This document shows positions 50,015 to 60,247 of a DNA stretch of 64,000 bases, one piece after another. The stretch's first letter is position 1, and each line of letters opens with the position of its first letter. The translations under genes and the position numbers were made by a program. Source of the DNA: Verrucomicrobiia bacterium (GTDB lineage: Bacteria > Verrucomicrobiota > Verrucomicrobiia > Limisphaerales > UBA1319); assembly GCA_963664225.1 (NCBI GenBank), contig OY760937.1, positions 2,464,001 to 2,528,000 on the forward strand. The letters are read 5' to 3'. The notes beneath the pieces were generated by a model. The model ran no database searches and had not been told where the DNA came from. It was given only the letters and a program-made list of their open reading frames with translations.

Positions 50015-50115
50015 GCATCCCGGCAGGGATGCCAGCGATTAGCCGGGGGTCGAGGTCGTCCGCGACCGACACCCCCGGACTCGCACCCCAACCAACACGA
50101 TCCCGGCAGGGATCG
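50015..50115. repeat. composite REP-like palindromic element
   Basis: GCATCCC-GGCA-GGGATGC (50015-50032), CCGGGGGT..ACCCCCGG (50043-50078), CGATCCC-GGCA-GGGATCG (50098-50115). Confidence 0.75.
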
Positions 50116-50253
50116 CAGAACCGAGGTGTTGCAGGTCGGGAATTCCCTCCCGCTCCACCCCCACGCGGCGGCACCACTCAAACGACCCTTCACCCCGTGA
50201 CTTTCGAACCTGTTCATCCTGCCTATCGATGTTGGACTTCCCCCGCACACTCC

Positions 50254-51363
50254 CTACCACATCGCCACCGGCCCTTTGGGAACCGCAATGCGCCCCGTCG
50301 CCGCAGACGGATTCTCAGACATGAACGAAGCTTCCAGTGGCGCAGGAGCGTAAGACGGTTTCAACTCCCCATCCTCATTCAAAAACTGCAACCGCCATTG
50401 CAGAAAAGCCTGAACGATCTCCTCGAACTCCGCGCGCGTCGCCAGTTGCACCACGCGGCGATTGAACTCACGAGCCGGTCCGAACCGCCGCGCATACCAG
50501 GGCGCGATCTTGCGGAACATCCGGCATCCCAAAGATTCCCCAAACACCTCGACCATGAAATCCAGATGCCGCCGCATCACCCGCAGGCGTTCCTCCAAAG
50601 GCGGCGAGGCGGGTTCCTCGCCTGTGGCCAGAAAGTGGAGACTGTGGTTGAAAATCCAGGGATCGTAGAATGCCCCCCGACCGATGCTCACACCGGCGCA
50701 ACCGGTTTCGTCGAGCATGTGCTTCACCGCGCGGGGCGTGGTCACGTCGCCATTGCCAATGACAGGGATGCGGCGCACCGCCTGAACCACCGCACGGATC
50801 CCGGCCAGGTTGATGCCTCCCGAGAATCCCTGCGCGCGCGTCCGTCCATGAATCGTGATCGCGGCAATGCCGACGTCTTCAAGCGCGCGGGCCAGATCGG
50901 GCGCGGTGAGATTTTGGTCGTCCCAACCCAAACGCATTTTTGCCGTCACCGGTATCTTGACCGCTTCGACCATTCCCCGGGCCAGGGCTGCGGTCTTGTC
51001 CATCTCCGTCATCATGGCCGAGCCGCCGCCCACCTGGCAGACCTTGCGCACCGGGCAACCCATGTTGATATCCACCGAGGCCGCGCCCAGCGATTCCGCG
51101 ATCACCGCCGCATCCCGCATTTCCTCCGGTTTGGAGCCGAACAACTGCACTGCCAGGGGTTGATCCTCAGGACGCGTCTCAATCAATTTGAGGGCCTTGT
51201 CCCGTCGTTCGATCAGCGAACGTGCGTTGACCAGGTCCGTGGTGGCAAGACCCAGACCGCCCAATTCGCGCAAGACAAGTCTGAACGGCAAATTGGTGTA
51301 GCCGGCCAGAGGCGCGAGCATCAAATGCGACTCCAGCCCCAGCGGGCCGATGGATATTTTCAT
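50254..51363 (-). CDS. dusB: tRNA-dihydrouridine synthase DusB
   Basis: LAPLAG, VQLFG, DINMGCPV, KMRLGW, IHGRT, GNGDV, IGRGA. Confidence 0.93.
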   Translation of the reverse strand: MKISIGPLGLESHLMLAPLAGYTNLPFRLVLRELGGLGLATTDLVNARSLIERRDKALKLIETRPEDQPLAVQLFGSKPEEMRDAAVIAESLGAASVDINMGCPVRKVCQVGGGSAMMTEMDKTAALARGMVEAVKIPVTAKMRLGWDDQNLTAPDLARALEDVGIAAITIHGRTRAQGFSGGINLAGIRAVVQAVRRIPVIGNGDVTTPRAVKHMLDETGCAGVSIGRGAFYDPWIFNHSLHFLATGEEPASPPLEERLRVMRRHLDFMVEVFGESLGCRMFRKIAPWYARRFGPAREFNRRVVQLATRAEFEEIVQAFLQWRLQFLNEDGELKPSYAPAPLEASFMSENPSAATGRIAVPKGPVAMW

Positions 51364-51393
51364 GTGCCGGAACGGCGCGTGCAAACCGCAACC

Positions 51394-52365
51394 TCAGGCG
51401 GCGGCAGGCGCTGCGGATTTCACACCAACCATCAGATAATCCAGATAGTTGATGAGCTGCTCTTTCATAAGCTTCCTATTGACAAGGGCATCGATCAATC
51501 CGCGTTCCAGAAGAAATTCCGCCGTTTGAAAACCGGGCGGCAAATCCGCCTGCGTGGTGTCACGAATCACTCGAGGACCCGCAAACCCAACCATCGCACC
51601 GGGTTCCGCAATAATCAAATCCCCCAGGGTGGCGAAACTGGCCATGACCCCCGCCGTGGTCGGATGGGTCAGAACACTGATGTAAGGCAGCTTCTTTGCC
51701 GCATGATACGCCAACGCCGCGCTGGTTTTGGCCATTTGCATCAGGCTGAACATCCCCTCATACATGCGCGCGCCGCCGCTGGTCGAAATTATGATCAACG
51801 GAAGATCCTTGGCTGTAGCGGTTTCGATAAGACGTGTGAGTTTTTCTCCAACCACCGAGCCCATCGACCCTCCCAAAAAGCTGAAATCCATCACCCCCAA
51901 CGCCACCCGATGCGAACCGATATTGCAGATCCCGGTCAGAACCGCATCCTTCAATCCGGTCGATTGCTGGTAATCCTCCAGCTTGGACGCGTAGGAACTG
52001 ACCCCGGTGAAACCAAGGATATCCACGCTCGTCATGGCTGCGTTCATTTCCTGGAAAGAGCAGGTTTCGACCATGGAGTTGATGCGTTCCCGCGCGCCGA
52101 TTGGAAAATGAAAAGCGCAGTTCCCGCAGACCTTGAGATTCTCGTCCAACTCCTTGTCATAGAGCATGGAACCGCACTTGGGACACTTGGTCCAGACCCC
52201 CTCGGGAATGTCCCGTTTGCGCGGCGTAACGGAATCAAGCTTGGGCCGCTTGCGCAAATGAGTCACCGGGGCACGCGTGGCCCCCGGCTTTTTGGTGGCT
52301 CCACCTGTCAAAGCGATTGTTTTTTTGGCAAACGTGGTGTTCGCCGTATTTTCTGCTTTTTCCAT
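51394..52365 (-). CDS. accD: acetyl-CoA carboxylase carboxyltransferase beta subunit
   Basis: WTKCPKC...VCGNC zinc finger, GGSMGSVVGEK, SGGARMYEG, GFAGPRVI. Confidence 0.96.
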   Translation of the reverse strand: MEKAENTANTTFAKKTIALTGGATKKPGATRAPVTHLRKRPKLDSVTPRKRDIPEGVWTKCPKCGSMLYDKELDENLKVCGNCAFHFPIGARERINSMVETCSFQEMNAAMTSVDILGFTGVSSYASKLEDYQQSTGLKDAVLTGICNIGSHRVALGVMDFSFLGGSMGSVVGEKLTRLIETATAKDLPLIIISTSGGARMYEGMFSLMQMAKTSAALAYHAAKKLPYISVLTHPTTAGVMASFATLGDLIIAEPGAMVGFAGPRVIRDTTQADLPPGFQTAEFLLERGLIDALVNRKLMKEQLINYLDYLMVGVKSAAPAAA

Positions 52366-52389
52366 AAAATTCAAATCGTGTCACCCGCT

Positions 52390-53127
52390 TTAAACGCCTC
52401 GGGCCAAGGTCCATACACACACATTTCCGGCGCCCATGCGCTGCAAAACCTTCGCGCACTCACCGGCGGTGGCTCCCGTGGTCAGCACATCATCCACCAG
52501 AACAACCCGTTCGCCCTTCAGCCGCAAACCTTTGCGACCTTTGAAGGCCCCCTGCAAATTCTCCGCCCGCGCCGCGCGCGTCAGCCGTGTCTGGGTCTGA
52601 GTGTATTTGACCCTGCGCACCAACCCGGCGTTCACCGGAATTCCTGTCGCCCGGCTCAATAACCGCCCCAGGCGTTCGGCCTGATTGAACTCCCGCTCAC
52701 GCTCTTTGACCGGATGCAAGGGCACCGGCACAATCATATCCCATTGGGCCGCAGCCAATACCGGCTTGGCGCGCAGTTCGAACAACCGGGCCAGAAACGG
52801 TTCGCACCACAGCGCTCTTTGGTACTTATAGCGGTGAATCACATCAAGCGCCAGCCCGCTCGATTTCACCGCCGCGCGCGCATACTCAAAGGGCCTGGGC
52901 GTTTCCAGGCATTGCGCGCACTCGAAAGGCCCCGTGATTTCCCCCGCAACCGGGCGTCCGCACCGTTCGCAGAAAGGGGGTTCGATGTATTCCACCTTCG
53001 CCGCGCAACCAGCGCATATATAGCCCTCATCGGGTCGCGCCCGGGCCACCCCACAAATCTGACACGCCTCAGGATAAAAAAAACTCAACACCGCATCAAG
53101 CCAGCTCTTGAATGCGGAATTCTTCAC
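52390..53127 (-). CDS. comF: ComF family protein (double zinc ribbon + PRTase)
   Basis: Four CxxC pairs, VPVPLH, REFNQAE, VDDVLTTGAT; GTGA overlap with the upstream gene. Confidence 0.88.
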   Translation of the reverse strand: MKNSAFKSWLDAVLSFFYPEACQICGVARARPDEGYICAGCAAKVEYIEPPFCERCGRPVAGEITGPFECAQCLETPRPFEYARAAVKSSGLALDVIHRYKYQRALWCEPFLARLFELRAKPVLAAAQWDMIVPVPLHPVKEREREFNQAERLGRLLSRATGIPVNAGLVRRVKYTQTQTRLTRAARAENLQGAFKGRKGLRLKGERVVLVDDVLTTGATAGECAKVLQRMGAGNVCVWTLARGV

Positions 53128-54020
53128 GGCAAAGCTCCTTCCCTGCGTGGCCTCCAACACATCACCACCACCGCAGCCATTAACGCCAAAACGGCAAACC
53201 AACCATCCGTTAACGTTTGCGTTCCCCAAAATGCCTGATTATACGACTTTTCAGGCGTGCAAACGAACCCAAACAGCTTCAACCAAAAAACCCAGCCCGT
53301 ATGTAATCCGATCGAAAAATAGAGGTTTCCGGTCCGTTGATACATCCAGGCCAGCATCATCCCCACCAGCGCAATATTAAAGAAACCCGGGATCAGCGCG
53401 TTCCAATCCGTGAATCCTCCTAACATTGCTCCAAGAACGTTCAACCCGGTTGACCACTCGATCTCATTGGGCGACAACGGCCTGCGAAAAAAATGCAGCA
53501 ATCCGAAAAGAACTCCGCTCACCACGACTGCAACCACCCATGGCATGGTTTTGCGCAAGTATCCGTAGATCCCGCCGCGAAACACCACTTCCTCCATGAG
53601 CGCGACCACCCCCGCCGAAAGCGCAGCCGAGGCCAGACGGATTATCCATTCATGCAGAGGATGTTGCGCAGATATTGTCCACGCTCCCCCCAAAGCACCG
53701 CCTGCCACAACCAAGGCCAGCGATCCCAGTCCAAGCAGGAATCCCCAACCCAGCTTCGCCCACTGCCCGCCGGGCCGAACCATGCCGACATCCCGCCACG
53801 AGCGCACCCCCAGCGCCTTTAAAAAAGGCCACAGACCGACAAGGGTCAGAAACAGAATGGAGCGGTTTACATAGCGGTGAAACGGCTGTTCGGTCATTCT
53901 TTGGAAATAAGATCCATGTGGTCCCAGCCAGACCACCAGGGCGTGAAGCCACGGGGCCAGCAAAGCACCGCCCAGAAACACGACCGCAACGAATAAAGTG
54001 ATGAGTCCCAGTGGACGCAT
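53124..54020 (-). CDS. CPBP (CAAX) family intramembrane metalloprotease
   Basis: EEVVFRG, FGLLH, SIGLH; multiple TM helices. Confidence 0.9.
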   Translation of the reverse strand: MRPLGLITLFVAVVFLGGALLAPWLHALVVWLGPHGSYFQRMTEQPFHRYVNRSILFLTLVGLWPFLKALGVRSWRDVGMVRPGGQWAKLGWGFLLGLGSLALVVAGGALGGAWTISAQHPLHEWIIRLASAALSAGVVALMEEVVFRGGIYGYLRKTMPWVVAVVVSGVLFGLLHFFRRPLSPNEIEWSTGLNVLGAMLGGFTDWNALIPGFFNIALVGMMLAWMYQRTGNLYFSIGLHTGWVFWLKLFGFVCTPEKSYNQAFWGTQTLTDGWFAVLALMAAVVVMCWRPRREGALP

Positions 54021-54154
54021 TCCGGGCATTGTAACCATCGGTCACCCTCTGCGCCAAGGGGATTTGTGCGGCACTGGAACGAATGGTTTCATGGGGGGAT
54101 ACCCCGCGGACTTGACCGTTTCCGGCGATCCCCCGCAAAGAGTGGATTTTTGCG

Positions 54155-54199
54155 TTCAACCGGTTGACCACGGGTTGACTGCTGGTCAACCGGGTTGAA
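54155..54199. repeat. 16-bp inverted repeat with internal palindromes
   Basis: TTCAACCGGTTGACCA ... TGGTCAACCGGGTTGAA (one extra G), flanked by direct GTGGATTT copies at 54142 and 54204. Confidence 0.6.
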
Positions 54200-54233
54200 T
54201 TAGGTGGATTTCTGGAGCTGCCAATTCCCGGCC

Positions 54234-57200
54234 TCAGGGTACCGGTACCAAAACCACCCGATAGAACCCCTGATTGACCGGTTTATTGATGAGAACCCGC
54301 TTTTGGGTCGTGGTGGCGGTAACGTTGGTTTCGGTCTGCCAGACGCCCGCGATTGCGGTTGCGCTCTGGAGTTCATACTTTTTCCCCGGCACGGTCTGGA
54401 AATACAGGGCGTGTTGTTCGGGCCCAACGGCGGTTTTTTCCTCGTCCGCCAGGTCATTGAGGCGGGCCACGCTTTCAAAGGCCAGTTTCGAATTCGGAGT
54501 GGTGGGATCGGTGCCCGCCTGCATTTCGGCCAAGTTGGTCATGCCGTCATGGTCCGCATCATCCGTTTCGGCGCTGGCATCAGGGAACTTGTCCAGCAAA
54601 CCCACCGTTTGCGCCCATTCCTGATAAGTGGGCTGTTCGATCCAAAGCGCGGTCGGACGACCCGCAAATGTATCCCCCCAGCCCGTGGTTCCAGCGCGGT
54701 AATAGACGGTGACGTTTATAGAACCAATTAGCATCGCATTATCGTCATAACTAGGCGAATTTCCCCGAAAATACAAACTCGTTAGATTTCGACAATTTCC
54801 GAAAACCCCATTCCCTATATTGGTAACGCCGCTCCCAATAATCACGTTAGTCAGGTTATAGCAGTCGGAGAATGCACCATCGCCAATACTATTTATGCTG
54901 CCATCTGGAATACTGATGCTGTTTACTGCTGTACAATCCGCAAAAGCATAATCCGCGATTCGAGTAACAGTACTCGGAATTGTGAACGCACCGCTTTTGC
55001 CTGCTGGAAATTTTAAAAGCGTATTTTGCGCTTTATTAAACAATGCACCTTCAACGCTACTATAGTATGAATTTAGTTTGTTCACTTCTATGTTTGTCAT
55101 GGCGGTGCACCATTGAAATGCCAAATCCCCTATGCTTGTAATGCTTTCAGGAATATTAATATAGCTCAGACTACTGTTGCCAGCAAAAGCCTGTTTTCCA
55201 ATGCCGGTAACACTGTTCGGAATAATAACATTTGTGAGGGCGTAACACATGCCAAATGCATTATTTGCGATATTTGTTATACTATGTGAAAAGGTAATAT
55301 TCCTGAGAAGGCTACAACCACAAAACGCATTATCTGGAATACTAATGAAGCTGTCGGACATATCCACATTAGTAATACCGGTGCAGCCGGCGAAGCAACT
55401 TGCGCCAATATTCGTAACACTATTGGGGATAACGACGCTTTTTAATCCCGCTGAATCTGAACATGCTTCTTCATCAATATTGACAACAGGCAAACCATTA
55501 ATTGATTTTGGAATTACAACGTTCCCGCCGTAACCGGTAAAACCCGTTATACTCATGGCAGACCCGATTTGCTGGTATGTGAAATCACCGGCATCAGCAT
55601 TAATCCAGAGCCGGGTATTCCTCCCGGAAAACGTTGAGTCACCCCATCCGAACGCTCCATCTCTATAAAACACAATTAGATTAGGTACATTCTGAAACAT
55701 ATTCGTGTATGATAAAAACGGCCTGCTTCCGGCAAAATATACGCTGGTCAGGTTTGTACAGTTTGAAAACGCATAATCCTGGATAATTTGAACAGATCTA
55801 GGAAAAGTAATAGTGGTCAGATTGATGCAATTCGAAAAAGCAGATTCTTGAATTGATTGAACACCCTTAAAAAATAGAATTTTGCTTAGAGCAGTACATC
55901 CAGAAAATGCAGATTCGCCAATTGCTTTAATATTTGTTGGTATTGTAATGTCGGTGAGTGCGGTACATTTTGAAAATGTATAATTACCTATCCATTGCGC
56001 ATTTGACGGTATTGAAATAGCGCCAAGGCCGGCGCAACCATAAAATGCATAATCCCCAAGACTCTCGACGGTATTTGGAATTATAATATTTGTGAGTTTA
56101 CTGCACCCGGAAAAGGCATAACTCTCCATGCTAGTTATGCTCTTGAGAATTTCGTAGGTTCCAGATTTTCCAACCGGACATTGAACAAGTTTCGTAAATG
56201 TTTTGTTGTAAATTACACCATCTATACTTGCGAATGTTGCATTTTGATCATCAATAAATATTTCGGTTAGATTCGTACAACCGTCAACAAAAGATTTGCC
56301 GAGGGTGGTTACTCCATACGGAATCGAGATGTTTGTTAAAGCAACGCATCCTGAGAACGCGTAATCACCAATGCTTGTAATACTAGACGATAGTTCGATA
56401 CCAGTAAGATATGAGCAATTAAGAAAGGCTTTTGGTCCTATGGTGGTAACGTTATTGGGAATTGTAAGATGCGTTAGCCCACTACAGCCTGAAAACGCCA
56501 TTCCGTCAATGTTCTGAAGACTCCCAGGCAAATCTATGTTTTGCAGACCACTGCAATTACCAAATGCTGAAAATCCAATCCATATCATGGTATTCGGGAT
56601 TGAAATGTTTGTGAGGCTCCTGCAGTCCTGAAATGTAAAGTATCTAATCCCTGTTACCCCCTGGGGAATCGTGAAATTCAAAAGGCTGCTGCATCCAAAG
56701 AAATTGGATTCGCCAATGTAACCAACAGTATTTGGAATTATTATCCTTTGCAGGCTGCTGCATCCAAAGAATGCTTGGTTGTTTATGCTTCTAACACCTT
56801 CGAGAATGGTAGCATTCGTCAGTTGTGAACATCCGTAAAATGCATTGGAGTTGATTGTTTTAACACTGCCGGGAATCGTGATGTCTGATAAACTGTTGCA
56901 ATTAAAAAACACGGATTGCATTATGTTTACAAGTCCAGGAGGCAAATTAATGAATTTAAGGTTACTGCATTGGTAGAACGCGAAATTTCCTACGTTAATG
57001 ACACTGTCCGGAATTGTAACTCTTATGAGATTTGTGTTATTCATGAATGCACCCGCGCCAATTTCAGAAACAGGAATATCATATAAAAAATGCGGGATGG
57101 CCAAATTCGAAACGGATCCTTTGTAACTAGTTAGTGAAATTGTTGCCCCTGTTATTTTATATGTATAATCCTTTTCGTTTGGATCAATCCAAGGCGAGGT

Positions 57201-57947
57201 TGGGTGGCCTGCAAATATTGAAGTCCATCCGGTTGCCCCAGGGCGATAATAGATCGTTACTTCCTTGTCATTGATGTAAAGCTGATTGGAAACAACATAA
57301 AGCATGGGCGCATTACCTTGAAAAAAGAGGCTTACAAGGTTGGAACAACCATCAAAGGTGTAGTTATTCAGGGATCTAACACTTAAAGGGATTGTTAGAG
57401 ATTTCAGACTGGTGCAGTTGGAGAATGCATACTTATCAATCGTTGTAACGCCTGAGGGTATTTTTACGTTCGTCAGACCCGTGCAACCGGAAAGGGCACC
57501 GTAGCCAATTATTGTGACGCGGTTGGGGATGACGATGTCTTTCAGACTGGTGCAATTTGCAAATACATTGCTACGGAGGGTTAAAATGTTGGTTGAAATG
57601 GAAAGGTTCGTCAAACTCGTACAGCCAGAGAATGCAACATCCCCTATTTCGACCACGCTATTAGGAATGTTAACGTTCTTCAGACCGAGGCAACTTTGGA
57701 ATGCGGAAGCTCCAATGCTGGTCACCGGTTTGCCCTCAATGACATCCGGGATGGTCACGTTGCCACCAGGACCCGTGTATCCGGTGATGGTGGCGGACAC
57801 ATCGTTGGTCGTGTAGGTGAAGTCGCCAAACGTGTCGGCCATTCCCAAGGTGAGCAGGCCAGATAAAACAAGGAGGATGGGGATGGCAAGCCGCTGCGCG
57901 ACGGTCAAGGATTGGAGAACACTTCCGTTGCTCATCGTTCTTCTCAT
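54234..57947 (-). CDS. BspA/TpLRR (LRR_5) leucine-rich repeat surface protein, three LRR modules
   Basis: Repeated AFxxCxxLxxIxIPxSVxxIG; signal peptide; DADHDG Ca-binding loop; ends GFYRVVLVPVP. Confidence 0.92.
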   Translation of the reverse strand: MRRTMSNGSVLQSLTVAQRLAIPILLVLSGLLTLGMADTFGDFTYTTNDVSATITGYTGPGGNVTIPDVIEGKPVTSIGASAFQSCLGLKNVNIPNSVVEIGDVAFSGCTSLTNLSISTNILTLRSNVFANCTSLKDIVIPNRVTIIGYGALSGCTGLTNVKIPSGVTTIDKYAFSNCTSLKSLTIPLSVRSLNNYTFDGCSNLVSLFFQGNAPMLYVVSNQLYINDKEVTIYYRPGATGWTSIFAGHPTSPWIDPNEKDYTYKITGATISLTSYKGSVSNLAIPHFLYDIPVSEIGAGAFMNNTNLIRVTIPDSVINVGNFAFYQCSNLKFINLPPGLVNIMQSVFFNCNSLSDITIPGSVKTINSNAFYGCSQLTNATILEGVRSINNQAFFGCSSLQRIIIPNTVGYIGESNFFGCSSLLNFTIPQGVTGIRYFTFQDCRSLTNISIPNTMIWIGFSAFGNCSGLQNIDLPGSLQNIDGMAFSGCSGLTHLTIPNNVTTIGPKAFLNCSYLTGIELSSSITSIGDYAFSGCVALTNISIPYGVTTLGKSFVDGCTNLTEIFIDDQNATFASIDGVIYNKTFTKLVQCPVGKSGTYEILKSITSMESYAFSGCSKLTNIIIPNTVESLGDYAFYGCAGLGAISIPSNAQWIGNYTFSKCTALTDITIPTNIKAIGESAFSGCTALSKILFFKGVQSIQESAFSNCINLTTITFPRSVQIIQDYAFSNCTNLTSVYFAGSRPFLSYTNMFQNVPNLIVFYRDGAFGWGDSTFSGRNTRLWINADAGDFTYQQIGSAMSITGFTGYGGNVVIPKSINGLPVVNIDEEACSDSAGLKSVVIPNSVTNIGASCFAGCTGITNVDMSDSFISIPDNAFCGCSLLRNITFSHSITNIANNAFGMCYALTNVIIPNSVTGIGKQAFAGNSSLSYINIPESITSIGDLAFQWCTAMTNIEVNKLNSYYSSVEGALFNKAQNTLLKFPAGKSGAFTIPSTVTRIADYAFADCTAVNSISIPDGSINSIGDGAFSDCYNLTNVIIGSGVTNIGNGVFGNCRNLTSLYFRGNSPSYDDNAMLIGSINVTVYYRAGTTGWGDTFAGRPTALWIEQPTYQEWAQTVGLLDKFPDASAETDDADHDGMTNLAEMQAGTDPTTPNSKLAFESVARLNDLADEEKTAVGPEQHALYFQTVPGKKYELQSATAIAGVWQTETNVTATTTQKRVLINKPVNQGFYRVVLVPVP

Positions 57948-58056
57948 GCATGCGTTCTATCACGCAATGAGACACTTGCAAGAACTGTTTTGCCTGGCCG
58001 GGCGCAAAGGTGCATGACAAAATTCTTCGGTGAGAAAGGAGGGACTCTTAATGAAT

Positions 58057-58163
58057 CCCCTCTCTCCGGCTCTCCGCTCGTGCCTCGCAGGGCGAGAGGG
58101 GAATGGCGCGACCGGTGCATTCGGTTGAGTCCTCCGGACGCCGGGTGAGGGCACCCGGCCTAC
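58057..58163. repeat. intergenic palindromic repeats including a GTAG-type REP
   Basis: CCCCTCTC...GAGAGGGG hairpin (58057-58101); minus strand GTAG-GCCGGGTG-CCCT-CACCCGGC (58163-58140). Confidence 0.7.
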
Positions 58164-58300
58164 AATGACAAAGCCCCGGACACACTTTCATGGCGTTTTG
58201 AGGCTTTTGGATTTCCGGAAGTATTTTGTCCTGCGCCCCCTGCCCGGAGTTTTAAAACAGGCTCTTTGACTTTTCCGCCGCACACTCCTAACGTTGGCGG

Positions 58301-58801
58301 ATGGACTCATTGCATGCGCCATGGCGCATCCAATATATTCTGGCGCCCAAACCGCCCCGCTCGGACGATTCGATCTTCACGCAGATCGCGCAGTCCAGCG
58401 ACGACGAATCCCATTACGTGATCGCGCGGGACCGCACTTGTTACGCGGTGCTGAACACTTATCCCTACAATGGCGGACATCTGCTTGTGGTGCCCTATAA
58501 GCAAGCCTCCGATCTCAACGGGCTGACTGCGGCGGAGATGTCCGATTTGATGCTTCTGACGCGGCGGTGCATGAATGCGCTGACCAAGGTGATGAAGCCC
58601 GACGGATTCAATGTGGGGATGAACATCGGCAAGGTGGCCGGCGCGGGTGTGGCCGAGCATCTGCATATTCATGTGGTTCCCCGCTGGCTGGGGGACACGA
58701 ATTTCATGCCCATTCTGGCCGGAACCTCGGTGGTGCCGCAGGCTCTGAATGAACTGGCCGCCCAATTGCGCGCCGCCCTGGCGCAAGATTCCGATTCCTG
58801 A
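58301..58801 (+). CDS. HIT family protein (Ap4A phosphorylase-like)
   Basis: LHAPWR, LNTYPYNGGH, FNVGMN.G.VAGAG, HLHIH, PRW.GD.NF. Confidence 0.92.
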   Translation: MDSLHAPWRIQYILAPKPPRSDDSIFTQIAQSSDDESHYVIARDRTCYAVLNTYPYNGGHLLVVPYKQASDLNGLTAAEMSDLMLLTRRCMNALTKVMKPDGFNVGMNIGKVAGAGVAEHLHIHVVPRWLGDTNFMPILAGTSVVPQALNELAAQLRAALAQDSDS

Positions 58802-58809
58802 TTTTTCAA

Positions 58810-59772
58810 ATGCCCACAGAAACCCTTCATTTCGAAAACGCCCGGCTGGCGCAGCAACTTTTCAATAACGATTCCAAGAACCTGCTGGCCCTGGAGAAAG
58901 CCCTGAATGTCAAGGCCACCAGCCGTGAGGGCTGGATCAAGCTCGAAGGCAGCACCGAGGCCATCGAACTGGTCAAGCAGATGTTCGAATCCCTCGAATC
59001 CGCCATCAAAGGCGGCACGACGGTGCGTAATCGCGATTTCAACTACGCGATGGACGTGGTGAGGCAGGACGGTGTGGCCGCGCTGCAAGGCATGCACGCC
59101 GAGCGCGTGCAAACCTCGTCGAAGAAGGCGCAGGTGACCCCGAAAACCCTCGGCCAGCAAAAATACATCACCGCCATCCGCGCCCACGACATCACCTTCG
59201 GCATCGGACCGGCGGGAACGGGCAAGACGTATCTGGCCATGGCCATGGCGGTGGCGGCCTTGCGCGAGGAAAAAGTGGCGCGCATCATTCTGACCCGTCC
59301 TGCGGTGGAAGCAGGGGAGGCGCTGGGTTATCTGCCGGGAGATCTTTACGAGAAGATCAATCCCTACCTGAGACCGCTCCACGACGCGCTCTACGACATG
59401 CTGCCGAGCGACGAAGTCCAGCGCCACATGGAGCGCGGCACCATTGAAATCGCCCCGCTGGCCTATATGCGCGGACGCACGCTCAACCATTCCTTCATCA
59501 TCCTGGACGAGGCCCAAAACACGACCAGCGAGCAGATGCTCATGTTCCTGACCCGCCTGGGGATGAGTTCCAAGGCTGTGATCACCGGCGATCCCTCGCA
59601 GGTCGATCTTCCCGCGAACAAACGCTCGGGTCTGATCGAAGCCCTGCGCATCCTGCAACAGATCGACGGCATCTCGATCATCGAATTCCAGAAGCGGGAT
59701 GTCATCCGGCATCACCTGGTCCAGCGCATCATCACGGCCTATGAAGAATTGCGAAACAGACGGGGTGAGTGA
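58810..59772 (+). CDS. phoH: PhoH family ATPase
   Basis: GPAGTGKTYLA, LTRPAVEAGE, APLAYMRGRT, LDEAQN. Confidence 0.93.
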   Translation: MPTETLHFENARLAQQLFNNDSKNLLALEKALNVKATSREGWIKLEGSTEAIELVKQMFESLESAIKGGTTVRNRDFNYAMDVVRQDGVAALQGMHAERVQTSSKKAQVTPKTLGQQKYITAIRAHDITFGIGPAGTGKTYLAMAMAVAALREEKVARIILTRPAVEAGEALGYLPGDLYEKINPYLRPLHDALYDMLPSDEVQRHMERGTIEIAPLAYMRGRTLNHSFIILDEAQNTTSEQMLMFLTRLGMSSKAVITGDPSQVDLPANKRSGLIEALRILQQIDGISIIEFQKRDVIRHHLVQRIITAYEELRNRRGE

Positions 59773-60247
59773 ACTCATCCTGCGCAATCGACGCTCCGGT
59801 AAGCGCGTGGACATGGCGTTGCTGCGACGGATCACCCGCTTTTTGCTCGAAGAAATTCTCGCGCTCGACCATTACGAAATGGGCGTTCACCTGACAGGCG
59901 AACCGGAGATCACGCGTCTCAACGAGTCCTTTCTGGGGCACAAGGGTTCCACCGACATCATCACCTTCGATTACCTGCCCGCGCTGCAACCCGGACACCT
60001 GCACGGCGATCTGTTTATCTGCATCCCCGTGGCCGCCGCACAGGCCCGCGAGTTCGGCACCACCTGGCAGAGTGAACTGACCCGCTACGTGGGGCACGGC
60101 CTGCTGCACCTCATGGGATACGACGATCTTACCTCCGCAAAACGCCGTGTGATGAAAGTCCAGGAAGATCGTTTGCTGAAAGCCGTGACCGAACGTTTTG
60201 CCATTGAAAAACTGAGTTCCGCGAAAAAAGCGGTCCGCCATGGATGA
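59765..60247 (+). CDS. ybeY: rRNA maturation endoribonuclease YbeY
   Basis: TDIITF, GDLFIC, HGLLHLMGYDD; GTG start overlaps the phoH end. Confidence 0.9.
   Translation: MSELILRNRRSGKRVDMALLRRITRFLLEEILALDHYEMGVHLTGEPEITRLNESFLGHKGSTDIITFDYLPALQPGHLHGDLFICIPVAAAQAREFGTTWQSELTRYVGHGLLHLMGYDDLTSAKRRVMKVQEDRLLKAVTERFAIEKLSSAKKAVRHG

Noticed and set aside
50029..52662. 877-aa plus-strand ORF
   Set aside because: Antisense shadow of dusB, accD and comF; no motifs; expected in high-GC DNA.
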